Of a stretch of DNA of 58,664 nt, positions 40,656 to 48,985 are shown piece by piece (within the stretch, counting starts at the first letter, position 1; each line of letters starts with the position of its first letter). The position numbers and the translations under genes were made by a program. Below the pieces are notes generated by a model. The model saw only the letters and a list, made by a program, of their open reading frames with translations. It had not been told where the DNA came from and did no database searches. Source of the DNA: an uncultured Clostridia bacterium (GTDB lineage Bacteria; Bacillota; Clostridia; TANB77; CAG-508); NCBI GenBank assembly GCA_934148985.1, contig CAKPDO010000004.1, positions 1-58,664 on the forward strand, written 5' to 3'.

Positions 40656-41196
40656 GTTTGGGGAGTATAAAGAATTTCAAGTTTTTCACTATAAAAAGAT
40701 AGATTCTACTCAAAAGGAAATTTGGCGTAGAGTTAAAAATGGGACAATAAAGAATAAGACAATGATTTTTGCTGATATTCAAACAGCAGGAATTGGGACA
40801 CATGGAAGAATATGGCATACAGATGAAGAAAACAATATTGCTTTTTCGGTTTATTTTGACTTAAGTGAAGAACATTGTAATGTAAGTGAACTTGATGGAC
40901 TAACAATAAAAATAGCTAAGAATATTGTTGAAACATTTAAAAATATATATGATATTAATTTAAACATTAAATTTCCAAATGATATTTATTGTAATGGAAA
41001 AAAACTTGGAGGAATACTCACAGAAACTAAAGTTTTAAATGGATTAGTTAAATGTGTTGTTATTGGGATTGGAATTAATACTAACCAAATTGAATTTGAC
41101 GATGAAATAAAGGATATTGCAACTTCAGTCAAACGAGAATTTGGAATTGAGGTCGATAATTTATTAATCATGAAAGAAATTTTAAACTTTGCATAG
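40648..41196 (+). CDS. birA: Biotin-protein ligase (catalytic domain only, no HTH)
   Basis: QTAGIGTHGRIWHT (compare QTxGRGRxGRxW) and GGILTE. Overlaps the preceding gene by 8 nt. Confidence 0.7.
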   Translation: MFKFGEYKEFQVFHYKKIDSTQKEIWRRVKNGTIKNKTMIFADIQTAGIGTHGRIWHTDEENNIAFSVYFDLSEEHCNVSELDGLTIKIAKNIVETFKNIYDINLNIKFPNDIYCNGKKLGGILTETKVLNGLVKCVVIGIGINTNQIEFDDEIKDIATSVKREFGIEVDNLLIMKEILNFA

Positions 41197-41214
41197 AAAA
41201 TCGATTTTAATGTG

Positions 41215-41255
41215 AAGAAACCGAATTTTTTCGCAAAAAGAAACGGTCCCAACCA
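41215..41255 (+). repeat. Dispersed repeat unit(s) upstream of fabD
   Basis: GAAGAAACCGAATTTTTTCGCAAAAAGAAACGGTCCCAACC, about 12 nt before the AGGAGG SD. Confidence 0.7.
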
Positions 41256-41272
41256 GAATATAGGAGGATTTT

Positions 41273-42133
41273 ATGAAAATAGGATTTTTGTTCCCAGGGC
41301 AAGGCTCACAATTTGTAGGAATGGGAAAAGAATTATATGAAAAAGATGAAGATGCAAGGAAAATATATGATAGAGTTAAAGAAATAACTGGAATTGATAT
41401 AGCTCAAATCTCTTTTGAAGGACCAGATGAAGTTTTAAATCAAACAAAATATACACAACTAGCAATTCTTACAAATAGTTTAGCAGAACTTAAGGTACTA
41501 GAAAAACAAGGCATAAAAGCAGATATATCAGCAGGTTTAAGCCTAGGAGAATATTCGGCACTTATATATAGCAAAGCACTTTCTTTTGAAGATGGAGTAA
41601 AACTAGTTCAAAAAAGAGGAGAATTCATGCAAGATTTAGCTCCATCTGGAGATTGGCAGATGGCAGCTATACTTGGAGCGTCTGATGAGGATGTAGAGAA
41701 TTTGTGCAAAAGAGTGAAATGTGGTTTTGTGGTTCCAGTAAATTATAATTGTCCTGGTCAAGTAGTGGTTACAGGTGATAAAGTTGGAATTTGCAATCTT
41801 CAAGAATTAGCAAAAGATGTAGGTATCAAAAAGATAAGAGTTTTAAATACTTCTGGGCCATTTCATACATGTAAATTAGAAGAAAGTTCTAATGCTCTAA
41901 GAAGAGAGCTGGAAAAAGTAAAATTTCATAATTTTGAAAGCACTGTTATAAAAAATATAGATGGAGAACCTTATACATGTGAAGATGATGTAAAAGAAAT
42001 TTTGGCGAAACATATTGTTAGTCCTGTTAGGTTTTCTAAGTGTTTGAAGAAGATGAAAGAATTGGGAGTAGATGAATTTATCGAAGTCGGACCAGGCAAG
42101 ACTTTGAGCGGATTTGTTAAGAGGATGTTTTGA
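41273..42133 (+). CDS. fabD: Malonyl-CoA:ACP transacylase
   Basis: FPGQGSQFVGMG and the active-site GLSLGEYSAL. Confidence 0.9.
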   Translation: MKIGFLFPGQGSQFVGMGKELYEKDEDARKIYDRVKEITGIDIAQISFEGPDEVLNQTKYTQLAILTNSLAELKVLEKQGIKADISAGLSLGEYSALIYSKALSFEDGVKLVQKRGEFMQDLAPSGDWQMAAILGASDEDVENLCKRVKCGFVVPVNYNCPGQVVVTGDKVGICNLQELAKDVGIKKIRVLNTSGPFHTCKLEESSNALRRELEKVKFHNFESTVIKNIDGEPYTCEDDVKEILAKHIVSPVRFSKCLKKMKELGVDEFIEVGPGKTLSGFVKRMF

Positions 42134-42220
42134 GTTTGTGAAATTAGGAATGGTGGAATTTTGTGATGTGAAAATTTTCAAAAAAATGCATCCAAAAGTG
42201 AATAAGAAGGAGGAAGAAAT

Positions 42221-42952
42221 ATGGCTGTAGCATTAATAACAGGAGCAACTAAAGGAATAGGAAAAGCAATTGCATTGAAATTAAGCAAAGAAGGATATGA
42301 CATTGCAATTAATTATAGAAATGAAAATGAAGAATTAAGTGATTTGAAAAAAGAAATTGAAAAAAATAATGTTAGATGTGAATTAGTTCAAGGAGATGTT
42401 TCGTGTTTTGAAGATACGGAAAAGTTTACAAAAGAAACAATTGAAAAGTTAGGTTCGATTGATGTACTTATAAATAATGCTGGTATTACAAGAGATATGT
42501 TACTTATGAGAATGAAACCAGAGGATTTTAAAAATGTTATAGATGTCAATTTGATTGGAACTTTTAATGTTACAAAAAATGTAATTGGTTATATGATGAA
42601 AGCAAGAAAGGGAAATATTGTGAATATTTCTTCTGTTGTAGGAATTTCAGGAAATGCTGGACAAACAAATTATTCAGCTTCTAAAGCTGGAATTATTGGT
42701 TTTACTAAAAGCTTAGCAAAAGAGGTGGCTTCTAGAAATATTAGAGTAAATGCTGTGGCACCTGGTTTTATTGAAACTAGCATGACTGATTGTTTGAATG
42801 ATGATATAAAAGAAGAGATTAGTAAAAATATTCCTTTGAAAAGAATGGGATGTGCCGAAGATGTGGCAAATGTTGTTAAATTTTTGGCATCAGATGAGAG
42901 TTCTTATATTACAGGACAGGTAGTTCAAGTTGATGGTGGAATGTTGATGTGA
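42221..42952 (+). CDS. fabG: 3-oxoacyl-ACP reductase
   Basis: SDR motifs TGATKGIGKAIA, NNAG, YSASKAG. Confidence 0.9.
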   Translation: MAVALITGATKGIGKAIALKLSKEGYDIAINYRNENEELSDLKKEIEKNNVRCELVQGDVSCFEDTEKFTKETIEKLGSIDVLINNAGITRDMLLMRMKPEDFKNVIDVNLIGTFNVTKNVIGYMMKARKGNIVNISSVVGISGNAGQTNYSASKAGIIGFTKSLAKEVASRNIRVNAVAPGFIETSMTDCLNDDIKEEISKNIPLKRMGCAEDVANVVKFLASDESSYITGQVVQVDGGMLM

Positions 42953-42957
42953 AAAAC

Positions 42958-42990
42958 GCCAGCATTCAAAAAGATGAATGCTGGCATTTT
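42958..42990. terminator. Intrinsic terminator inside the fab cluster
   Basis: GCCAGCATTC-AAAAAGAT-GAATGCTGGC followed by ATTTT. Confidence 0.75.
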
Positions 42991-42997
42991 AGAAAAT

Positions 42998-43276
42998 TTA
43001 CATAATGAAATAGTAGAGGTTGGATAAATGCTGCGTGAATTTATGGGGCAATTGCAGTTGTGTGAATATTTTTACAGATGCGTATTCAAACAAATCTTGC
43101 GAATATTCTAAATGTGGTTCGATACAGATTGTTGTAGGAACGATGCCGTTGGATATAAAAAACTGGAAATTTATTTGAGCCAATATATCTAATTCTAAGT
43201 CTTTAAAGAAAGATTCAGAGTTAAACAGTTCCTCCCGCATTTGGTAAATGTTTTTTACTATTTCTTCGTATTTCAT
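42998..43276 (-). CDS. Antisense-oriented small hypothetical protein (92 aa) between fabG and fabF
   Basis: ORF with SD AAGGAGGTATTAGGCAATG on the minus strand. GC-richer than the fab genes. In-frame CGG (43237..43235) as Arg. Confidence 0.45.
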   Translation of the reverse strand: MKYEEIVKNIYQMREELFNSESFFKDLELDILAQINFQFFISNGIVPTTICIEPHLEYSQDLFEYASVKIFTQLQLPHKFTQHLSNLYYFIM

Positions 43277-43387
43277 TGCCTAATACCTCCTTGGTAGATG
43301 TTATGTAAATATGATAACATAAAAAATGGTAAAAATCAATAAATTTTGATAAAGTCTACATAAAAAATAGAGAAAGGAACACCAAAA

Positions 43388-44629
43388 ATGGAAAAACGAG
43401 TTGTAATTACAGGAATAGGTGCAATAACACCGATAGGAAATAATACAAAAGAATTATGGGAAAGCATTTTGCAAAAAAAATGTGGAATAAACAAAATAAC
43501 AAGTTTTAATGCAGATGGATATAAAACATCATTAGCAGCAGAAATAAAAAATTATAATCCATTAGATTATTTTGATGCAAAACAAGCTAAAAGATTAGAT
43601 AAATGTTCTCAATATGCAATAATAGCAGCAAAAGAAGCATTTAATGATAGTAAAATAACCAAGGAAAATACTGATTTTGAAAGAATAGGAGTATTTGTAG
43701 GTTCAGGGATAGGTGGATTAAAAACAATACAGGACCAATGTGAAATAAATTGTACCAAAGGGCATAACAGAATATCTCCAATGTTTATACCGATGTCAAT
43801 ATGTAATATGCCAGCTGGAAATATAGCTATAGAACTTGGGTTAAAAGGAGAGTCAATTTCAACAGTATCAGCATGTAGCTCATCTACTCATGCAATTGGA
43901 GAAGCATATAGGACAATAAAATATGGAGCAGAAGATGTAATATTAGCAGGAGGAACAGAAAGTTCAATTTGTGAAGTTGGAATTGCAGGTTTTGAAAACA
44001 TGAAAGCATTATCTTCTTCAACAGACCCAAATAGAGCAAGTATTCCATTTGATAAAGAAAGAAATGGATTTGTGATGGGAGAAGGTGCCGGAGTTCTTGT
44101 ATTGGAAGAATTAGAACATGCAATTAAAAGAAATGCTAAAATATATGCAGAAGTAATAGGATATGGTGCAACGTCTGATGCGTACCATATAACGTCTCCA
44201 GCTCCAGACGGAAATGGCGGAGCAAGGGCAATGATAAGGGCAATAGAAGATGCAAAAATCAGGCCAGAAGAAATAGATTACATAAATGCTCATGGAACGT
44301 CAACACATTTAAATGATAGCTTAGAAACAGTTGCAATAAAGAAAGCTTTAGGTGAAAATGCAAGTAAAAACGTTATGGTAAGTTCAACAAAATCAAATAT
44401 GGGACATATGCTTGGTGCAGCAGGTGGAGTGGAAGCAATAATTTGTGTGCAAGCAATTAATCAAAAAAAGGTTCCACCAACAATAAATTACTTAGTTAAA
44501 GACGAGGAATGTGATTTAGACATTGTTCCAAATGAAATTAGAGAAGCTGATATGAATATAGTTATGTCAAACTCTCTTGGATTTGGTGGGCATAATGCAA
44601 GTATAATTTTAAAGAAGTATGAAAAATAA
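43388..44629 (+). CDS. fabF: 3-oxoacyl-ACP synthase II
   Basis: Active-site ACSSSTHAIGEA, HGTSTHLND, GHMLGAAG. Confidence 0.92.
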   Translation: MEKRVVITGIGAITPIGNNTKELWESILQKKCGINKITSFNADGYKTSLAAEIKNYNPLDYFDAKQAKRLDKCSQYAIIAAKEAFNDSKITKENTDFERIGVFVGSGIGGLKTIQDQCEINCTKGHNRISPMFIPMSICNMPAGNIAIELGLKGESISTVSACSSSTHAIGEAYRTIKYGAEDVILAGGTESSICEVGIAGFENMKALSSSTDPNRASIPFDKERNGFVMGEGAGVLVLEELEHAIKRNAKIYAEVIGYGATSDAYHITSPAPDGNGGARAMIRAIEDAKIRPEEIDYINAHGTSTHLNDSLETVAIKKALGENASKNVMVSSTKSNMGHMLGAAGGVEAIICVQAINQKKVPPTINYLVKDEECDLDIVPNEIREADMNIVMSNSLGFGGHNASIILKKYEK

Positions 44630-44641
44630 GGAGCAAAATTT

Positions 44642-45100
44642 ATGGAATACGAAAAAATAATACAATTGATAAATGATTTTGGTAATTCAAAACTAGATAA
44701 TCTCAAACTAGATTTTCCAGATGGTACAAAAATTGATATGAGTAAAAATTCTATGAAATGTCAAATTGGCGAAAAATCTATAGAAACAAGAACATTAGAA
44801 AATGTTTTTGAAAGTACTCAAGAAATTAATAAAGAAAAAATTGCTGAAAAAAATGATGAAGTAAAAGGAAAAATTATAACTTCACCAATGGTAGGAACTT
44901 TTTATTTAAAGCCATCACCAAATGCAGAGCCATATGTAGAAATTGGAAAAAAAGTGAAAAAGGGTGATGTGCTTTGTATAATTGAGGCAATGAAGCTTAT
45001 GAATGAAATTGAATCTGAGTATGACGGAATAATAGAAGAAATTTTTGTTAAGGATGCCGAAAGTGTTGAGTATGGCAAGCCTTTGTTTAGGATTTCGTAA
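44642..45100 (+). CDS. accB: Biotin carboxyl carrier protein
   Basis: Biotinyl-lysine motif CIIEAMKLMNEI. Confidence 0.9.
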   Translation: MEYEKIIQLINDFGNSKLDNLKLDFPDGTKIDMSKNSMKCQIGEKSIETRTLENVFESTQEINKEKIAEKNDEVKGKIITSPMVGTFYLKPSPNAEPYVEIGKKVKKGDVLCIIEAMKLMNEIESEYDGIIEEIFVKDAESVEYGKPLFRIS

Positions 45101-45117
45101 ATGCTTATTTGTGAATG

Positions 45118-45177
45118 TCCAAAAAGGACCCGGTCCCAAACGAACAATGTTCACAAAAGAACTGGTCCCAAATGAAC
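45118..45177 (+). repeat. Two-unit dispersed repeat (composite also seen at 47085 and 48911)
   Basis: TCCAAAAAGGACCCGGTCCCAAACGAACAATGTTCACAAAAGAACTGGTCCCAAATGAAC. Confidence 0.85.
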
Positions 45178-45194
45178 ATGAGAAGGAGAGAAAG

Positions 45195-45617
45195 ATGTTA
45201 AATAAAGAAGAAATAAAAAAAATAATTCCACAAAGGGAGCCTTTTCTGATGATAGATGAAGTTGAAAACTATATCCCAGGAGAAAGTGCAATTGCATATA
45301 AATATGTAAATGAAGCTGAATGGTATTTTAAGGGACATTTTCCAGGTAATCCCATAATGCCAGGGGTTTTAATTGCGGAAAGTTTAGCACAAACAGGTGC
45401 AGTTGCAATTTTGAGCTTAGAGGAGAATAAAGGAAAAAATGCACTATTTGGTGGAATTGATAAAATGAAATTCAAGAGAAAAGTTGTGCCAGGTGATAAA
45501 TTAAAATTAGAAGTTGAGATTATTAAAAGAAAAGGACCAATTGGAATTGGAGAAGCAATTGCAAGTTGTGATGGAAAAATTGTAGCAAAAGGAGAGCTTA
45601 CTTTTGCGTTGGTGTAA
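45195..45617 (+). CDS. fabZ: 3-hydroxyacyl-ACP dehydratase
   Basis: PQREPFLMID and HFPGNPIMPGVL. ATG 45195 follows GAAGGAGAG; the tracked start at 45045 reads through accB's 3' end and the repeat. Confidence 0.9.
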   Translation: MLNKEEIKKIIPQREPFLMIDEVENYIPGESAIAYKYVNEAEWYFKGHFPGNPIMPGVLIAESLAQTGAVAILSLEENKGKNALFGGIDKMKFKRKVVPGDKLKLEVEIIKRKGPIGIGEAIASCDGKIVAKGELTFALV

Positions 45618-45635
45618 AATTCAAATGAGCAAAAT

Positions 45636-45709
45636 GGGACCAAAAAGAACCGACCCTAGTGGGGCAAATGGGACCAAGAAGAACCGACCCCAATGTCCCA
45701 AATGGTCCC
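45636..45709 (+). repeat. Two-unit dispersed repeat
   Basis: GGGACCAAAAAGAACCGACCCTAGTGGGGCAAATGGGACCAAGAAGAACCGACCCCAATGTCCCAAATGGTCCC. Confidence 0.85.
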
Positions 45710-45728
45710 GATGAAAAAGGAGTAAAGC

Positions 45729-47070
45729 ATGAATAAAATATTGATAGCTAATAGAGGCGAAATAGCTGTTAGAATAATAAGAGCATGTAAAGAAATGAAT
45801 ATAAAAACAGTCGCAGTGTATTCAGAAGCAGACAAAGATAGTCTTCATACGCGTTTGGCAGATGAAGCAATATGCATAGGTCCGGCGAATTCTAATAAAA
45901 GTTATTTGAATTATAAAAATATAATAGAAGCGGCCTATATAACTGGAAGTGATAGTATACATCCCGGTTTTGGATTTCTTTCTGAAAATAGTCAATTTGC
46001 AAAAATATGTGAAGAATCGAATATTAAATTTATTGGCCCATCATATGAGTTAATAAAACTTATGGGAAATAAGTCAAATGCTAAAGAAATAATGGAAAAG
46101 GCAGGAATTCCGGTAGTTCCTGGCTCTAAAGGAAGCATAAAAAGTATAAATGATGCAAAAAAAATAGCAAAAGAGATAGGATATCCAATAATGCTTAAAG
46201 CAGCAGCTGGTGGAGGCGGAAAAGGAATTCGTATTGTAAATGATGAAAGTGAATTGGAAAATAGCTATAATGTTGTAAAACAGGAAGCAATGATTTCTTT
46301 TAAAGATGACGAAATTTATATGGAGAAGTTTATTCAAAATCCTAGACATATTGAAATTCAAATTTTAGCAGATGAACATGGAAATGTAATTCATTTAGGC
46401 GAAAGGGATTGTACTATTCAAAGAAGAAATCAAAAAGTCATTGAAGAAACTCGGTTCAAATGCTATTGATGAAAAATTGAGAGAAAAAATGGGAGATGTG
46501 GCAATTAGAGCAGCCAAAAAAGTGGGATACACAAATTGTGGTACAATTGAATTTTTGGTAGATAAGGATAAAAATTTTTATTTTATGGAGATGAATACAA
46601 GAATTCAAGTTGAACATGGAATTACAGAGGAAAGAACAGGAATTGACATTGTTAAAGAGCAAATTAGGATTGCAGCAGGAGAAAAAATGAAAATTAAGCA
46701 AAAAGATGTAGTATTTAATGGACATGTAATAGAATGCAGGATAAATGCGGAAAATCCGGACAAAAATTTTAGACCTTGCCCAGGAAAAATAACAGGACTT
46801 ATTTTGCCAGGAGGAAACGGAATTAGAGTTGATACATTTGTGTATGATGGTTATACTATTCCACCAAATTATGATTCCATGATTGCTAAAATAATTGCTC
46901 ACGGAAAAACAAGAAATGAAGCTATAAGTAAAATGAAAAGGGCTTTGGAAGAAACTGTAATTGATGGAATAGATACTAATATTGATTTTTTGTTTAAAAT
47001 TATTAGAAATTCTAATTTTATTAGAGGAAAATATGATACTTCATTTATTGAAAAGGAAATTTTGAAATAA
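45729..47070 (+). CDS. accC: Biotin carboxylase, interrupted by a +1 break at in-frame CGG 46452
   Basis: The upstream frame reads ..[19 protein letters not shown]. Skipping the C gives [38 protein letters not shown], with exactly the spacing of other AccC proteins, then MNTRIQVEH. Confidence 0.9.
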
Positions 47071-47084
47071 AAGACTAAAATTGT

Positions 47085-47142
47085 ACTAAAAAGACCCGGT
47101 CTCAAAAGAACATGTTCGCAAAAGAACTGGTCCAAAAGGTGC
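47085..47142 (+). repeat. Two-unit dispersed repeat
   Basis: ACTAAAAAGACCCGGTCTCAAAAGAACATGTTCGCAAAAGAACTGGTCCAAAAGGTGC. Confidence 0.85.
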
Positions 47143-47173
47143 AATTGTGCAATGAGGCAGAAAGGAAGGAAAA

Positions 47174-48110
47174 ATGCTAGTTGATAAAATCAAAAAAAGA
47201 GAACCAACAGCAAAAAAGAATGTAAATAAAGTTGATATACAAATTGGTAAGTGGGTAAAATGCGCCAAATGCAAAGAAATTTTATATAAAGAAGATGTAA
47301 AAGAAAATTTAAACATATGTCCAGTATGTGGAGCATATTTTAGAATGCATATAAATAGAAGAATTGAGAGCATAATTGATGATGGAACGTACAAAAGATT
47401 TGACCTAAATATTGATAATGTAAATCCATTAGAACTAGAAGATTATCCATCCAAGCTAGAAAAATTAAGACAAAAGACGAAGTTAGAAGAAGCTGTAGCT
47501 TGTGGAACTCGGTAAAATTGGTGGCAAAGATGTAGTAATATGTATAATGGATAGTGGTTTTCTAATGGGAAGCATGGGAACGGTTGTCGGTGAAAAGATA
47601 ACGTATGCGATTGAAAAGGCAATTGAATTAAAATATCCATTAATAATATTTACTGTATCTGGTGGAGCTAGAATGCAAGAAGGCATAATGTCCCTTATGC
47701 AAATGGCGAAAACTACAGCGGCAATTTTTAAGCTCAACAGAGCTGGCAATTTATATATTTCTGTTTTAACAGACCCTACTTATGGCGGAGTTACAGCATC
47801 ATTTGCAAGTATTGCTGATATTGTATTAAGTGAACCAGGTGCAATGATTGGTTTTGCAGGGCAACGAGTTATTGAACAAACTATAGGAGAGAAGTTACCA
47901 GAGGGATTTCAAACAGCAGAGTTTTTAATGGAACATGGCTTTATTGATAAGATTGTAGAAAGACAGGATTTGAAACAGGTTTTGGCAAAATTGATAGAAT
48001 TAAACCAAAGTAAAAAATGTCCCAAAGGGACCGGTTCTTTTTGTGGCAAAGATAAAATGAGTTTGGGCCTAAGTGTGAAAAGTACAAAAAAGACTCGGTA
48101 TTTTTGGTGA
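47174..48110 (+). CDS. accD: Acetyl-CoA carboxylase carboxyltransferase beta, +1 break at in-frame CGG 47510; 3' end ambiguous (may run into accA)
   Basis: Zn-ribbon [20 protein letters not shown]. The upstream frame ends ACT-CGG-TAA; skipping the C gives [33 protein letters not shown]. After the conserved end (..[13 protein letters not shown]) the frame stays open through a repeat unit to CGG 48096. Confidence 0.85.
48020..48109. repeat. One inverted and one forward (degenerate) repeat unit lying inside the accD/accA junction
   Basis: TCCCAAAGGGACCGGTTCTTTTTGTGGC (48020-48047) and GTACAAAAAAGACTCGGTATTTTTGGTG (48082-48109). Confidence 0.7.
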
Positions 48111-48915
48111 AACAGCATGGCAAAAAGTACAGATAGCAAGAGCAAATAATAGAAAAACATCATTAGATTATATAGAAAAAATATTTGATGAATTTATAGA
48201 ACTTCATGGGGATAGAAATTATAGAGATGATAAAGCAATGGTATGTGGACTAGCAAGAATTGGAACGCAAAGTTATACAGTAATTGCAGAGCAAAAAGGC
48301 AGAAATACCAAAGAAAATATTGAAAGAAACTTTGGAATGCCTAATCCTGAGAGTTATAGAAAAGCAATAAGATTTATGGAACAAGCTGAAAAATTTAATA
48401 GACCTATTATAACTTTTATTGATACAAAAGGAGCATATCCTGGAATTGGAGCAGAGGAAAGAGGTCAGGGAGAAGCTATAGCAAGTTCTATGCTTAAGAT
48501 GGCTGGATTAAAGGTTCCTATAATTTCAATTGTTATTGGGGAAGGCTCTAGTGGTGGAGCTTTGGCAATTGGAGTAGCAAATAAAGTATTTATGCTTGAA
48601 AATGCGGTTTATTCTATTTTGTCACCAGAGGGTTATGCAAGTATTTTGTGGAAGGATGCTTCAAGAACGGAAGAAGCGGCAGAAAAAATGAAACTTACAG
48701 CAAAAGACTTGTATGAACTAAAAGTTATTGATAAAATTATTGAAGAACCAAAAGATGGTGAGAATTTTGATTTATTAGTTGAAAATTTGAAAAATGAAAT
48801 AGTATTTAATATAAATGATTTAAATAATTTGACAAAAGAAAAAATAGTTGAAGATAGATATCAAAAGTTTAGAAAAATGGGGGAATACACGAGACTTGAA
48901 CAAAAAATGTCCTAA
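48057..48915 (+). CDS. accA: Acetyl-CoA carboxylase carboxyltransferase alpha; the only upstream ATG (48057) is in the accD frame and needs the +1 break at CGG 48096
   Basis: The conserved [39 protein letters not shown] lies upstream of the first in-frame ATG (48238) and has no start codon in its own frame after the stop at 48076-48078. Joining at ACT-C|GGT gives [24 protein letters not shown].. The core [23 protein letters not shown] is present. Confidence 0.8.
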
Positions 48916-48968
48916 AAAGACCCGGTCCCAAACGAACATGTTCACAAACGAACCGGTCCCAAATGAAC
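48911..48968 (+). repeat. Two-unit dispersed repeat overlapping the accA stop codon
   Basis: CCTAAAAAGACCCGGTCCCAAACGAACATGTTCACAAACGAACCGGTCCCAAATGAAC. Confidence 0.85.
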
Positions 48969-48985
48969 AAAGAAGGAGTGAAAAT

